This document shows positions 19,706 through 29,241 of a DNA stretch of 64,000 nucleotides, in pieces (the first letter of the stretch is position 1; every line of letters begins with the position of its first letter). The notes beneath the pieces are model-generated. The model saw nothing but the letters and a program-made list of their open reading frames with translations. It made no database searches and was not told the origin of the DNA. The position numbers and the translations under genes are program-made. The stretch comes from Myxococcota bacterium (GTDB lineage Bacteria > Myxococcota > Myxococcia > Myxococcales > Myxococcaceae): positions 1-64,000 of the forward strand of contig JBMORE010000166.1 of NCBI GenBank assembly GCA_049322255.1, given 5' to 3'.

Positions 19706-20569
19706 ATGATTCAGCCAGAGAAGAAGCGGGTGCTGGGCCGGGGGCTGTCGGCCCTCCTTCCCCAGGCGGCCACGCCCGCCGGCGAGCTGGCCAAGGGGGT
19801 CACCCGGCTGGCTTTGGAGGACATTCGCCGCGACGGGGCCCAGCCCCGCAAGAGCTTCGACAGCAAGGGCCTCAAGGAGCTCGCCGACTCCATCCGCGCC
19901 CAGGGCCTCATCCAGCCGGTGCTGGTGCGCCGCGACAGCCGCGGCTACCGCCTCATCGCGGGGGAGCGCCGCTGGCGCGCCTCCCAGCTGGCCGGCCTCA
20001 AAGAGATTCCGGCCATCGTTCGCGAGGCCACCGACGCCCAGGCCTTCGAGCTCGCCTTGGTGGAAAACCTCCAGCGCGCCGACTTGAACCCGGTGGAAGA
20101 GGCGATGGGCTTTCGGCGCCTCATCGAGGAGCGGCAGCTGTCCCAGGAAGAGGTGGCCCAGCGGGTGGGCAAAGACCGCTCCACCATCGCCAACGCCCTG
20201 CGGCTGCTCTCCTTACCCGAGGAGGTCAAGGGCCTGCTCGCCCAGGGCCGGTTGGACATGGGGCATGCGCGTGCGCTCTTGGGGCTTCCCCGGCCCAGCG
20301 AGATGGTGGCGTTGGCCCGAGAGGTGGTGGCACAAGCGCTGTCGGTGCGCGAGACCGAGCGGCGGGTGAAGGAGGCCCGCCCGTTGGCGGCCAAGCCCAA
20401 GCGCAAGGAGGCCCGCCCAAGCCCGCACGCCCGCCAGCTGGTGGAGGAGCTGCAGCGCCGGTTGGGCACCAAGGTTCGGCTGTTGGACAAAGGCGGGAAG
20501 GGTACCCTCGAGGTCGATTTCTTTTCCTACGAGGACTTGGACCGCATCGTGGGGTTGATTCGAAGGTAG
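19706..20569 (+). CDS. parB: Chromosome partitioning CTPase ParB
   Basis: LGRGLSALL, IAGERRWRA, ENLQRADL, GKDRSTIAN..RLL, GHARALL. Confidence 0.97.
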   Translation: MIQPEKKRVLGRGLSALLPQAATPAGELAKGVTRLALEDIRRDGAQPRKSFDSKGLKELADSIRAQGLIQPVLVRRDSRGYRLIAGERRWRASQLAGLKEIPAIVREATDAQAFELALVENLQRADLNPVEEAMGFRRLIEERQLSQEEVAQRVGKDRSTIANALRLLSLPEEVKGLLAQGRLDMGHARALLGLPRPSEMVALAREVVAQALSVRETERRVKEARPLAAKPKRKEARPSPHARQLVEELQRRLGTKVRLLDKGGKGTLEVDFFSYEDLDRIVGLIRR

Positions 20570-20578
20570 GAAGGGTCG

Positions 20579-21037
20579 ATGGCGATTTTCAGCGAGAAGA
20601 AAGATGAAAAACCAACCGCGCCGCTTCGGCGGGAGGAGTTGACCGTGTCTGCGAAGGCTGGAGGCGTACCCACCTTGCTCGGCAAGGGCAGTGAGTTCGA
20701 GGGGAAGTTGACCTTCGAGGGCGAGGTGCGAATCGACGGGAAGTTCACCGGGCAAATCAGCACCAAAGACACCCTCATCATCGGTGAAGGGGCCAAGGTG
20801 TCGGCGGAGATCCACGCCGGCACCATCATCGTGCACGGGTCGGTGGAGGGAAACCTCCACGCCACCCAGACCATCGAGCTGAACACCCCCGGCAGGGTGA
20901 AGGGGAGCATCGAGACCCCTTCGCTCAAGATGGACCGGGGGGTGGTCTTCGAGGGCACGTGCAAAATGGAGAGCCTGGGCGCCAAGTCCTCGGGCATCCC
21001 CGCGCCGGCGCCGATGGCAGCCGCTGCCGCCAAGTAG
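20579..21037 (+). CDS. bacM: Bactofilin, BacM ortholog
   Basis: TLLGKGSEFEGKLTFEGEVRIDG beta-helix; directly downstream of parB as in M. xanthus. Confidence 0.85.
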   Translation: MAIFSEKKDEKPTAPLRREELTVSAKAGGVPTLLGKGSEFEGKLTFEGEVRIDGKFTGQISTKDTLIIGEGAKVSAEIHAGTIIVHGSVEGNLHATQTIELNTPGRVKGSIETPSLKMDRGVVFEGTCKMESLGAKSSGIPAPAPMAAAAAK

Positions 21038-21552
21038 TGCGCGCGGCCAGCAGCCTCTCTGCCGTACTGGTGTGCCTGGCGGGCTGCCCGCGTCCCGGGG
21101 GCGAGCCCGATGGAGGAGCGGCACTGCCAGCGGCTCCCCACCGCGGGGGGGTGAAAGTGCCTCTGCCCGAGGGATGGACGGCGCGGGTGGAAGAGGACCA
21201 GAGCTTTCAGTCGGGGCCGGCGAGCCGTTCGGTGTTGCGCATCGACCTGCGCCCCGGGGCGGGCGAAGAGCTACCCACCGCCGAGGGGCTGAAAGCCGCC
21301 CTCGTCGATTCTTTGCGCTTCGCCGCCGTCAGCGTGCTCGAGGTGCGCGACCGCTCCCAGTCCAGGCTGCTCATCTACCAAGCCTCGCTCGATGGCGGAG
21401 CCCCCCTCACCGCGATGGTGGGCGCCAAGCGGGTTGGGCGGGACTTGTTTTTGTGTGCCTCGCTTCCTGGGGCGAGCGGCCGCGAGGTGGAGAAGGCCGC
21501 CCAGGCGTGCGAGGCGCTGGAGGTGGGAGAGGGTTGGGGTGAGGGGCGCTGA
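21037..21552 (+). CDS. Hypothetical lipoprotein
   Basis: GTG overlapping bacM stop; LAGC lipobox. Confidence 0.6.
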   Translation: MRAASSLSAVLVCLAGCPRPGGEPDGGAALPAAPHRGGVKVPLPEGWTARVEEDQSFQSGPASRSVLRIDLRPGAGEELPTAEGLKAALVDSLRFAAVSVLEVRDRSQSRLLIYQASLDGGAPLTAMVGAKRVGRDLFLCASLPGASGREVEKAAQACEALEVGEGWGEGR

Positions 21553-21626
21553 GTACGAACTGCCCCGCCAGCCCTTCCTGACCCAGGCCAACCACCCTAA
21601 CCGATTGAAATCATTGACTGTTGTCG

Positions 21627-21642
21627 TGGCACGGCGATTGGA
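21627..21642 (+). promoter_or_regulatory. Possible sigma54 promoter
   Basis: TGGCACG-GCGA-TTGGA (-12 C replaced by G). Confidence 0.45.
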
Positions 21643-21656
21643 ATCGTCGCTTCGGT

Positions 21657-22217
21657 ATGAAGACACTCAAGCTGCTGATGGCGCTGGTGGCCTCCGTGCT
21701 GTCGCTCGCCAGCTTTCATTTGGCCGCAAAGGAGACGCAGCGGCTGGCGGTTCCGCCCCAGCTGGTTCCGCCGCCGGTGGTGCAAATGGAATGGTCGTCT
21801 CCGATGGTGGCCCGCGAGGGCGTGGCCCAGTACTGGACCGAGCCGTCGCCCAAACCCGAGCCAAAACGGCGACGAGCTTCGAAAAAGACGAAGGCGAGGC
21901 TCTTGCGTGCGGAGCCTCTTCGGCTGGCGGAGCCGGACGAGGCGATGCGGTTGGCGCTGCGCCGGGCCAAGCCGGTTCTGGAGCGGTGCTACGACTCCGA
22001 GCTCAAGAAACGCGCGCCCTTCAACGGCTTCGTGGTGCTCGAGGTGAGTGTGACCGCCGACGGCCGGGTGGAAAGAGCGAAGGTCGAGCAAGCCAGCACG
22101 CGCGACGCGGCGGTCGCCGGCTGCATTGCCCGGCGGCTAAAGACGCTCAAGCTGCCGCCCCTGAGCAGCGAGGCCGACCTGGTGGTGCCCTTCCGTCTGG
22201 AGGCCATCGAAGGGTAG
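21657..22217 (+). CDS. AgmX/PglI C-terminal (TonB-C-like) domain protein
   Basis: TM/signal, Pro-rich linker, LERCYDSELK..GFVVLEVSVTADGRV...CIAR...VVPF. Confidence 0.8.
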   Translation: MKTLKLLMALVASVLSLASFHLAAKETQRLAVPPQLVPPPVVQMEWSSPMVAREGVAQYWTEPSPKPEPKRRRASKKTKARLLRAEPLRLAEPDEAMRLALRRAKPVLERCYDSELKKRAPFNGFVVLEVSVTADGRVERAKVEQASTRDAAVAGCIARRLKTLKLPPLSSEADLVVPFRLEAIEG

Positions 22218-22266
22218 CGGCACCGATGAGCTGGCCAGGGCTCTGCCGATTCCGTAAATTGTTCCT

Positions 22267-23117
22267 ATGAGCACGGCGGGCCATCGATCCGAGCGGACCG
22301 CGGCTTCAGACGAGCGCCGGTTCTTGCTCCACGGCGTCACCTGGCGGCAATTCGAGCATTGGCTCGCCATGCGTGGGGACGACAACAGCGCCCGAATCGC
22401 CTATGCCGAGGGGGAGCTCGAGCTCATGTCGCCATCACCCCAGCACGAAGATGACACCAGCGACATCGAGCGGCTGCTGACGACGTTTTCCGACGAGACA
22501 GGCGTCGAGCTGGCTTGCGCCCGGTCCAGGNNNNNNNNNNNNNNNNNNNNNNNNNNNNNNNNNNNNNNNNNNNNNNNNNNNNNNNNNNNNNNNNNNNNNN
22601 NNNNNNNNNNNNNNNNNNNNNNNNNNNNNNTGCCGAGGGGGAGCTCGAGCTCATGTCGCCATCACCCCAGCACGAAGATGACACCAGCGACATCGAGCGG
22701 CTGCTGACGACGTTTTCCGACGAGACAGGCGTCGAGCTGGCTTGCGCCCGGTCCAGGACGCTGAAGCGCGAGGAGACTCAGCGCGGGGCAGAGGCCGATA
22801 CCTCCTACTTCGTCGGTCGCCGGCGAACCGGGTTTCCCGACATCGTCATCGAGGTGCTCTGGACGCAGCCGCTTTTGGACAAGCTCGATATTTACTGGAA
22901 CCTGGGGATTCGGGAGGTCTGGCTGCGGCGCCGCTCACAGGGATTCTCGCTCTTCGTCCGCGGACGCAACGGGTATGCTCGTCACCGTCGAAGCCGGCTC
23001 TTGGCAGACCTCGACCTGACGCTCTTGGCCAAGTACGTCGGCACCTCCAGCCCCACACGCGCCGCCAAAGCCTATCGAGCCGCGCTGCGCAAGTCGCTCG
23101 CCCGCCGGCGGAATTGA
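22267..23117 (+). CDS. Uma2-family endonuclease spanning an assembly gap
   Basis: LHGVTWRQF, GELELMSP.PQHE, EADTSY, PDIVIEV, KLDIY..LGIREVW; 127 nt duplicated either side of the gap. Confidence 0.85.
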
Positions 23118-23257
23118 AGCGCTGGGGAAGCGGTCGAGGGCCGTCTCGGTCGCGCCGAAGGAAGAGGCCGCACCGGTGAGAGGCAGCGGCGGTTACTGGT
23201 CGTGCAGCGGGAGGATGTTGCTCGCCCTCGTGCAGTTCGGCCGTGCTCGAGGCGGAG

Positions 23258-25237
23258 CTACAGGCTCTGGAGGTACTCCACCAGGTCGTCCACCTCGGCG
23301 TCGGTGAGCGGGGAGGTCAGCCCGTGGAGGTTGGCCTCTTTTCCCACGAGGATGCGTTCTTTGAGCGAGGTGGCGCTGCCGTCGTGCAGGTAGGGAGCGG
23401 TGCGGGCCAGCCCGAGCAGCGAGGGGGTGTTCAGCCCGTTGGGCAGCTTGGTGAGGTCGTCGAGGTGGGGGCCGCGGGTGACGAAGGTGCCGACGGCGGC
23501 GAAGCGGTTGTCGGTGAGGGCCACTCCGGCGTGGCAAGCGCCGCACTGCGCTTTGTGGAACACCTGCTCTCCGCGCTGCTGGGCCGGGGAGGGCGCCGCC
23601 AGCCGGTGGGGGTTGTCCGCCGCGGGGAGGGTGTCGATGAAGGCCTGCACCTGGCGGATGAGGGTGGAGTTGGCGCCGGTGCCGCCCATGCGCCGCTGCA
23701 CCGTGTGGCTCATGAAGTCATCCAGGGTGGGAAACTCGCCGTTCCAGTGGAAGGGGGCGGTGGAGGAGGTCATTCGCCCGGCGAGCGAGGGGGTCTGCCG
23801 CGGGCCCTCGGCGAACTGCCACACGTGCCCGTCCTCCCGGCCCTCCAAGTGGCAGCTGGCGCAGGAGATGCCGGTGGCGGGGTTGTTCATCCGCGAGTCC
23901 ACCGCGCTGAAGAAGAGCCGGCGGCCGGCGGCGACGTCGGGGGCAAGCACTTCAGCGCCCACCAGAATCCTCCCCACTTCGGTGAGCCGGGGTGTGCTTC
24001 CCCCGGTGGATTCGATGAGGGAGAGGGAGTGGTCGAACTTGTTGTACACGTAGGCACGCTTGCCGTCCTGGGCGAGGGCGATGCCGGTGGGGCCGCCGCC
24101 CACGGTGACCAGGTGCCGCATCGGACGACCGTCGAGGGACGGCTCGCCCCGCGCTGAAGCGACGACCGCCACGTTGTTCGACTCGTGGTTCACCACGAAG
24201 AGCCAGGAGCCGGTGGAGTCGGCCACCACCGCCACCGGGCCCTGCACCGGGCTGTTGGCGTCCTGGGTGCTGAGCACCGAGGCGGGGAAGCTCTCCGTCT
24301 GCGGCTTTTGGCAGCTGGAGAGGTCGTCCACCAAGGGCTCCCCCTGGGCGGTGAAGGTGACCAACCCGGGGGCGGAGACGGCGCCCGCAGTGCAAGGCCC
24401 GCCGCCGTAGGTGTTGCCACCGCCGCCGCGCAAGGAGGGGTCGAGGTCGTTCTGTCCCAGCACCCCCTCGGAAGCCCACAGGGTAGGCGCATACACCCGC
24501 CCGTCGGGGCTGACCGCCAAGTCGGCCATTCCGCGGGGTCGCACCGTCTGCGTCGCGAAGAACATCCCGTCGGGCGCTACCGAGGGGCTGCTGCTGGTTT
24601 CCACCGCGCCGCCGAGCGCCGTGCGATTGGCTTGGGTGTACAGCTCGGTGCGGTCGGAGAGCACCGCCGGGTGGGCGAGGTCCACCTTCACCACGTCGCC
24701 GCGCTTGTAGAGGCTCACCAGCGCCCGGTCGGGGCTCACCACGGCCACCGCGCGGGGCTCAGGGCCCACCGGCAGCTCCCACTTGGGTTGCAGGGTGGCG
24801 AGGTCGATGGCGGTGAGGACACCGAAGGCGGCGCTGTCGCGCGCGGTGGCGCTCACCACGTACAAAGTTTGGCCGTCGGGGGAGAGGCTCATCCCCACCG
24901 GCTCCACCCCCACCTCGAGGCGCGCCGCCTCGCTCCACTCTCCGCGGCGAATGACCGACACGCTGCGCCCGTAGCGGTTGGTGACGAAGAGGGTGTCGTC
25001 CGGAGCCACCAGGAGGCGCTCCGGGCTGGGGCCGACCCGCACCCGCTCCACCAGCTGGAGGGTCCGCGCGTCCACCACGAACACCTGGTCGCTGTCCGGG
25101 TCGGCGGCGTAAATCAGCGCGTCATCGCTCGAGAGAGCGACCGAGCCCGACGAACGGGCGGTCGAGCCCTTGGCGCCCTCACAGCCCAACAAACCCAGCG
25201 CGGCGGTCACGGCGGCGGCCAGCATCCAGTTTTTCAT
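23258..25237 (-). CDS. Lipoprotein with YVTN/YncE beta-propeller and di-heme cytochrome c peroxidase-like domain
   Basis: LLGC lipobox; CASCH, CGACH; TPSL..L..TAPYLHDGS. Confidence 0.85.
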   Translation of the reverse strand: MKNWMLAAAVTAALGLLGCEGAKGSTARSSGSVALSSDDALIYAADPDSDQVFVVDARTLQLVERVRVGPSPERLLVAPDDTLFVTNRYGRSVSVIRRGEWSEAARLEVGVEPVGMSLSPDGQTLYVVSATARDSAAFGVLTAIDLATLQPKWELPVGPEPRAVAVVSPDRALVSLYKRGDVVKVDLAHPAVLSDRTELYTQANRTALGGAVETSSSPSVAPDGMFFATQTVRPRGMADLAVSPDGRVYAPTLWASEGVLGQNDLDPSLRGGGGNTYGGGPCTAGAVSAPGLVTFTAQGEPLVDDLSSCQKPQTESFPASVLSTQDANSPVQGPVAVVADSTGSWLFVVNHESNNVAVVASARGEPSLDGRPMRHLVTVGGGPTGIALAQDGKRAYVYNKFDHSLSLIESTGGSTPRLTEVGRILVGAEVLAPDVAAGRRLFFSAVDSRMNNPATGISCASCHLEGREDGHVWQFAEGPRQTPSLAGRMTSSTAPFHWNGEFPTLDDFMSHTVQRRMGGTGANSTLIRQVQAFIDTLPAADNPHRLAAPSPAQQRGEQVFHKAQCGACHAGVALTDNRFAAVGTFVTRGPHLDDLTKLPNGLNTPSLLGLARTAPYLHDGSATSLKERILVGKEANLHGLTSPLTDAEVDDLVEYLQSL

Positions 25238-25307
25238 GGGGTCTCCTTGTCCACCCTGACATCGATGGCGCGATCTCCTGGCAAATCGCCTGCAGTTGCT
25301 CTTTCAC

Positions 25308-25324
25308 TGCATCGCCCATGCCCT
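25308..25324 (-). promoter_or_regulatory. Possible sigma54 promoter for the di-heme lipoprotein
   Basis: AGGGCATG-GGCG-ATGCA (GG-N10-GC spacing). Confidence 0.45.
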
Positions 25325-25414
25325 TGGGCGGCGAGCGGAGATTGTAGCGATGGCCCGTTCGGATGGGAACCGGGGGCGACCAACGGGCAGAGCGGCGTCG
25401 GCCAACCCACAGCG

Positions 25415-26410
25415 CTACCCGCTGAGAGTGGACAGAGAGAGGGCGAAGTCGCCGCCCGCGTCGGTCCAAAAGGCGCGCACGGTCAGCCCGGCGGCGGCCA
25501 GCTCGCGCTCCACACCTTGGGGGCGGAACTTGGCGCTCACCTCGGTGCGCAAAGCCTCGCCGCCGTCGAAGTGCGCGGAGAGGGGCAGGGCGGACAACCT
25601 CACCCGGTGCGCTCGATGGCTGACCAAGCGCATTTCCATCCATTCGTTCGCCTCGTCGAAGAAGGCCAGGTGAGAAAAAAGCTCGGGCTGGAAGTCGCCT
25701 CCCAGCTCTTGGTTGAGCACCCGGAGCAGGTTGAGGTTGAACGCCGCGGTGACCCCGCGGGGGTCGTTATAGGCGGCGTGGAGGCGGGCGCGGTCCTTCA
25801 CCAAGTCGGTGCCGAGCAAGAGGGCGTCCTCCGGGCCCAGCTGGGCGGCGAGCTGGGAAAGGAAGCGCGCGCGGGCGGTGGGCTTCAAGTTTCCCAGAGT
25901 GCCTCCGAGGAAGGCAATCAACCGCCGGCCTTGGCGTGGCAGGTAGGGGAGGTGACGCTCGAAGTCCCCCACCACCGCGTGGACCTCCACCCGGGGGTAC
26001 TCCCGGGCGATGGCTGCCGCTGCTTGGCGCAAAGTGGGCTCGCTGACGTCGAAGGGGGCGAAGCGACGCAGCTGGTCGGCTTCGGCGAGGGCCTGCAAGA
26101 GCAGCCGGGTCTTCTCCGAGGTGCCGGAGCCCAGCTCCACCAAGGTGTCCACCTGGGTGAGGCGGACGATTTGCCCTGCGCGCGCCTGCAGAATCTCGCG
26201 CTCGCACCGGGTCGGGTAGTACTCGGGCAGACGGGTGATTTGCTCGAAGAGCTGGCTGCCACGCTCGTCGTAGAACCACTTGGAGGACAGCTCCTTGAAG
26301 GGAGCGCTCAGCCCGGCGCACACCTCCTCGGCCAGCGCCGCCCGTCGTTCTGCGGGCAACAGGTGCACCTCGAGACGCACCCGCGGGCCCAAAGAATCAA
26401 GCTCGGCCAC
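25415..26410 (-). CDS. egtD: L-histidine N-alpha-methyltransferase EgtD
   Basis: KWFYDERGSQLFEQITRLPEYYPTRCE, VELGSGTSEKT, FLGGTLGN, AYND..GVTAAFN, TEVSAKF. Confidence 0.92.
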   Translation of the reverse strand: MAELDSLGPRVRLEVHLLPAERRAALAEEVCAGLSAPFKELSSKWFYDERGSQLFEQITRLPEYYPTRCEREILQARAGQIVRLTQVDTLVELGSGTSEKTRLLLQALAEADQLRRFAPFDVSEPTLRQAAAAIAREYPRVEVHAVVGDFERHLPYLPRQGRRLIAFLGGTLGNLKPTARARFLSQLAAQLGPEDALLLGTDLVKDRARLHAAYNDPRGVTAAFNLNLLRVLNQELGGDFQPELFSHLAFFDEANEWMEMRLVSHRAHRVRLSALPLSAHFDGGEALRTEVSAKFRPQGVERELAAAGLTVRAFWTDAGGDFALSLSTLSG

Positions 26411-26444
26411 CGAGCAAAGATAGAACCCGCCGCGGCCGCAAGCG

Positions 26445-26466
26445 AATGTTTTGAGGTCAAAACATT
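26445..26466. promoter_or_regulatory. Perfect AT-rich palindrome AATGTTTTGA-GG-TCAAAACATT
   Basis: 10-2-10 inverted repeat between divergent egtD and vegA. Confidence 0.7.
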
Positions 26467-26565
26467 TTCAAACCAAACCAGGCATCGCCAAAAAACAAAC
26501 AACACCGCGGAGCGGGCCAAAGGACATTAGACAGCGGGCACCAAATGTGATGTGTAGGCCCGCCT

Positions 26566-27015
26566 ATGTCTGTCGACAAAGCCTTCAGAGAGATGATTCG
26601 GCAGGAAATCGAGTCGCAGCTGCGTCCGCTGCAGAACGCGGTTTCCCGGTTGCAGGACGACGCCTTCGAGCTCGGCTCGCTGCGCGTGCTCGCCGAGCGC
26701 TTGGCTCCGCTGGGGACGCTCCTGGGAGGGGCGCCGGTACGCCGGCGCGGGCGGCCGCCGGGCCGGGTGGTGAAAAACGGGGTGCGTCGCCGTGGGCCAC
26801 GGGGCAGCAACGAGCGGCCGTGCGCCTTGGTGGGTTGCAAGAACCAGGCGCGTAGCAAGGGCTACTGCGCGGCGCACTACCAGAAGTTCCGCAACCTCTC
26901 GCTCACCCGTCGCCTGCCTTCCGATTGGAAGGAGCACGCCCCGCCCAACTCGGTGACCGACGTGGTGCTTCCGCGCGGCCGGGCGGCGGCCAAGCTGCTG
27001 GCGGGCCGGAAGTAG
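26566..27015 (+). CDS. vegA: Vegetative protein VegA (basic; AT-hook plus Cys/His zinc-finger-like motif)
   Basis: MSVDKAFREMIRQEIE..., RGRPP, C...GC...RSKGYCAAHYQK; recalled similarity to M. xanthus VegA. Confidence 0.85.
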   Translation: MSVDKAFREMIRQEIESQLRPLQNAVSRLQDDAFELGSLRVLAERLAPLGTLLGGAPVRRRGRPPGRVVKNGVRRRGPRGSNERPCALVGCKNQARSKGYCAAHYQKFRNLSLTRRLPSDWKEHAPPNSVTDVVLPRGRAAAKLLAGRK

Positions 27016-27024
27016 CTTTTCGCG

Positions 27025-28343
27025 CTAGGGCACCTGGGGAGGAAACGCCGGCGGCGCCGAAGGTGCGCGCGCTGGGTGGCGTGTGCGCCACAGGTGAAAC
27101 GCCAGCGAGGCGACGAGCACCAGCGCTGAGAAAACGCCCAGGACAGTGGGGGCCCCGAAGCGGGCTGCCAGACTGCCGGCCGCCAGCGCCCCGTACGGGG
27201 TGGTGCCGATGAAGAGGGTGCCGAACAAACCCAACAGTCTTCCCCTCAGCGCGGCGGGGGTGAGCGACTGCAAGAGGGTGAGCGTCCCGGAGGTCTGGGT
27301 GATTTGGCCAAACCCCGCCAGCCCCAACGCAGCGAGGGACAAGGGGGTGGAGCGGGAGAGGGACAAGAGGAGGATGCCCAAACCCAGACAGCTCGCGCCC
27401 AGGCCCACCCGGCGCTCCAGGGCCGCCGGCTCGCGCAACAGCAGCGTCAGCGCCCCCGCCAGCGCTCCGGCACCGGCCGCTCCCAACAGCTGCCCCAGCA
27501 AGGCAGGGCCTCCGCCCAGCACCTGGGAAGCCACCACCGGCAAGAGGGTGCCGTAAGAGACGCCGAACACACTGGAGACCACCAAGAGGAGCAAGAGGGT
27601 GCGTACCCGTGGCTCCTTCGCCGCGAAGGCAAGCCCTTCGGCCACCGGGGCGGCTTTGACGCGCTTCGACGGCGGCGAAGCTTTCAACGACAAGAGAGCG
27701 AAGAGCACCGCCAGGTAGCTGGCAGCGTTGAAGGCGAAGCACCAGGCCTCGCCCGCCAAGGCCACCAGGAGGCCTCCCAGCGAGGGGCCCACCACCCGCA
27801 TCAGCGTCACCAGCGTCGAGTTGAGCGCCACCGCGTTGGCCAAGTCTTCTCCCGCCAGGTCGGCGAAGAGCGCCTGGCGCGCGGGCACTTCGAAGGCGAA
27901 GGTGACTCCGAGCACCGAGGCGAGGGCGAGCAGGTGCCAGGGCCGCGCCGTTCCGGTGAAGGTGAGGACGGCCANNNNNNNNNNNNNNNNNNNNNNNNNN
28001 NNNNNNNNNNNNNNNNNNNNNNNNNNNNNNNNNNNNNNNNNNNNNNNNNNNNNNNNNNNNNNNNNNNNNNNNNNGCCATCGCCACTCCCAGCGCCGCCAA
28101 TAGCAGCCGCCGTCGGGAAAGCTGGTCGGCCACCGCGCCTCCCCACAGGCCAAGGAAGAACACCGGCACCTGGGAGAGGAAGACGAGCCAGCCGAGCAGC
28201 GAGGGGGAGTGGGTGAGTCGCCACAAAAGCCAGCTTTGCGCCACCGGCTGCATCCAGCTGCCGGTGAGGGAAACCGTCTGCCCGAGGAAGAAGCGGCGCA
28301 GCGGCGGTCTTCTGAGAGAACGCAAGAAGCGCGGCCAATTCAT
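27025..28343 (-). CDS. MFS transporter (interrupted by assembly gap)
   Basis: FFLGQTVSLTGSWMQ, GGAVADQLSRRRLL, PARQA, NAVALNS, LRGR motifs. Confidence 0.9.
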
Positions 28344-28357
28344 GGCACGATGCCGTC

Positions 28358-29203
28358 ATGAACCAGCGAGAATTCGAGAAGGGCATTCACGTCGACTTGG
28401 CCGGGACTACCACCTACGCCGAGTACCTGCGCCTGGACAAGATTTTGAATGCCCAGGAGCCCCAAAGCTCGCCCCCTCACCACGACGAGACGCTCTTCAT
28501 CATCCAGCACCAGACCTCCGAGCTGTGGATGAAGCTGATGATTCACGAGCTCTCCGCCGTGTTGGCCTTCGTCCGTGCCGACAACCTCGAGCCCTCCTTC
28601 AAGTGCCTCTCCCGGGTGGGCCACATCCAGCGCATTCTCTTCGAGCAGTGGAGCGTGCTGGAGACTCTCACGCCCAACGAGTACCTCGCCTTCCGCAGCG
28701 GCCTGGGGCGGGCGAGCGGCTTTCAGTCCTACCAATATCGCGCCCTGGAGTTTCTCTTGGGCAACAAGGACGCCCACGCCCTCTTGCCTCACCGGCACGA
28801 TGCCGCGGTGCACGGGTGGCTGGAGAAGCTTCTGCACGCGCCCTCGCTCTACGACGAGTTTCTCCGCCATCTGGGGCGCCGAGGCCACCGGGTGCCCAAG
28901 GAGCGGCTGGAGCGCGACTTCTCCCAGCCGGTGGAGCGCTCGGAGGAGGTGGTGAAGGTGTTTCGTCAGGTGTACGAGAACCCCGAGCGGCACTGGGACG
29001 CCTACGAGATGTGCGAGAAGCTGGTCGACGTGGAGGAGCGCTTTCAGCTGTGGCGCTTCCGCCACATGTTCACCGTCAAGCGGGTCATCGGCTTTCGGCC
29101 GGGCACGGGGGGAAGCTCGGGTGTGGGGTTTTTGGAACAAGCCCTGAAGCTGACGTTCTTTCCCGAACTGTGGGATGTGCGCACTGAGCTGCTCCAGAAG
29201 TGA
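28358..29203 (+). CDS. kynA: Tryptophan 2,3-dioxygenase
   Basis: Y..YLRLD, HDETLFIIQHQTSELW, SGFQSYQYR, WRFRH, R.IG...GTGGSSG. Confidence 0.95.
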   Translation: MNQREFEKGIHVDLAGTTTYAEYLRLDKILNAQEPQSSPPHHDETLFIIQHQTSELWMKLMIHELSAVLAFVRADNLEPSFKCLSRVGHIQRILFEQWSVLETLTPNEYLAFRSGLGRASGFQSYQYRALEFLLGNKDAHALLPHRHDAAVHGWLEKLLHAPSLYDEFLRHLGRRGHRVPKERLERDFSQPVERSEEVVKVFRQVYENPERHWDAYEMCEKLVDVEERFQLWRFRHMFTVKRVIGFRPGTGGSSGVGFLEQALKLTFFPELWDVRTELLQK

Positions 29204-29241
29204 AGCGCTTCCGCGTGGGGAGTGCCGCGTAAAGTGGTGCC

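Noticed and set aside
22404..22757. 127-nt direct repeat inside the Uma2 gene
   Set aside because: Identical copies flank the 100-N gap; collapsing them restores one ORF of about 207 aa, so this is a contig-overlap artefact
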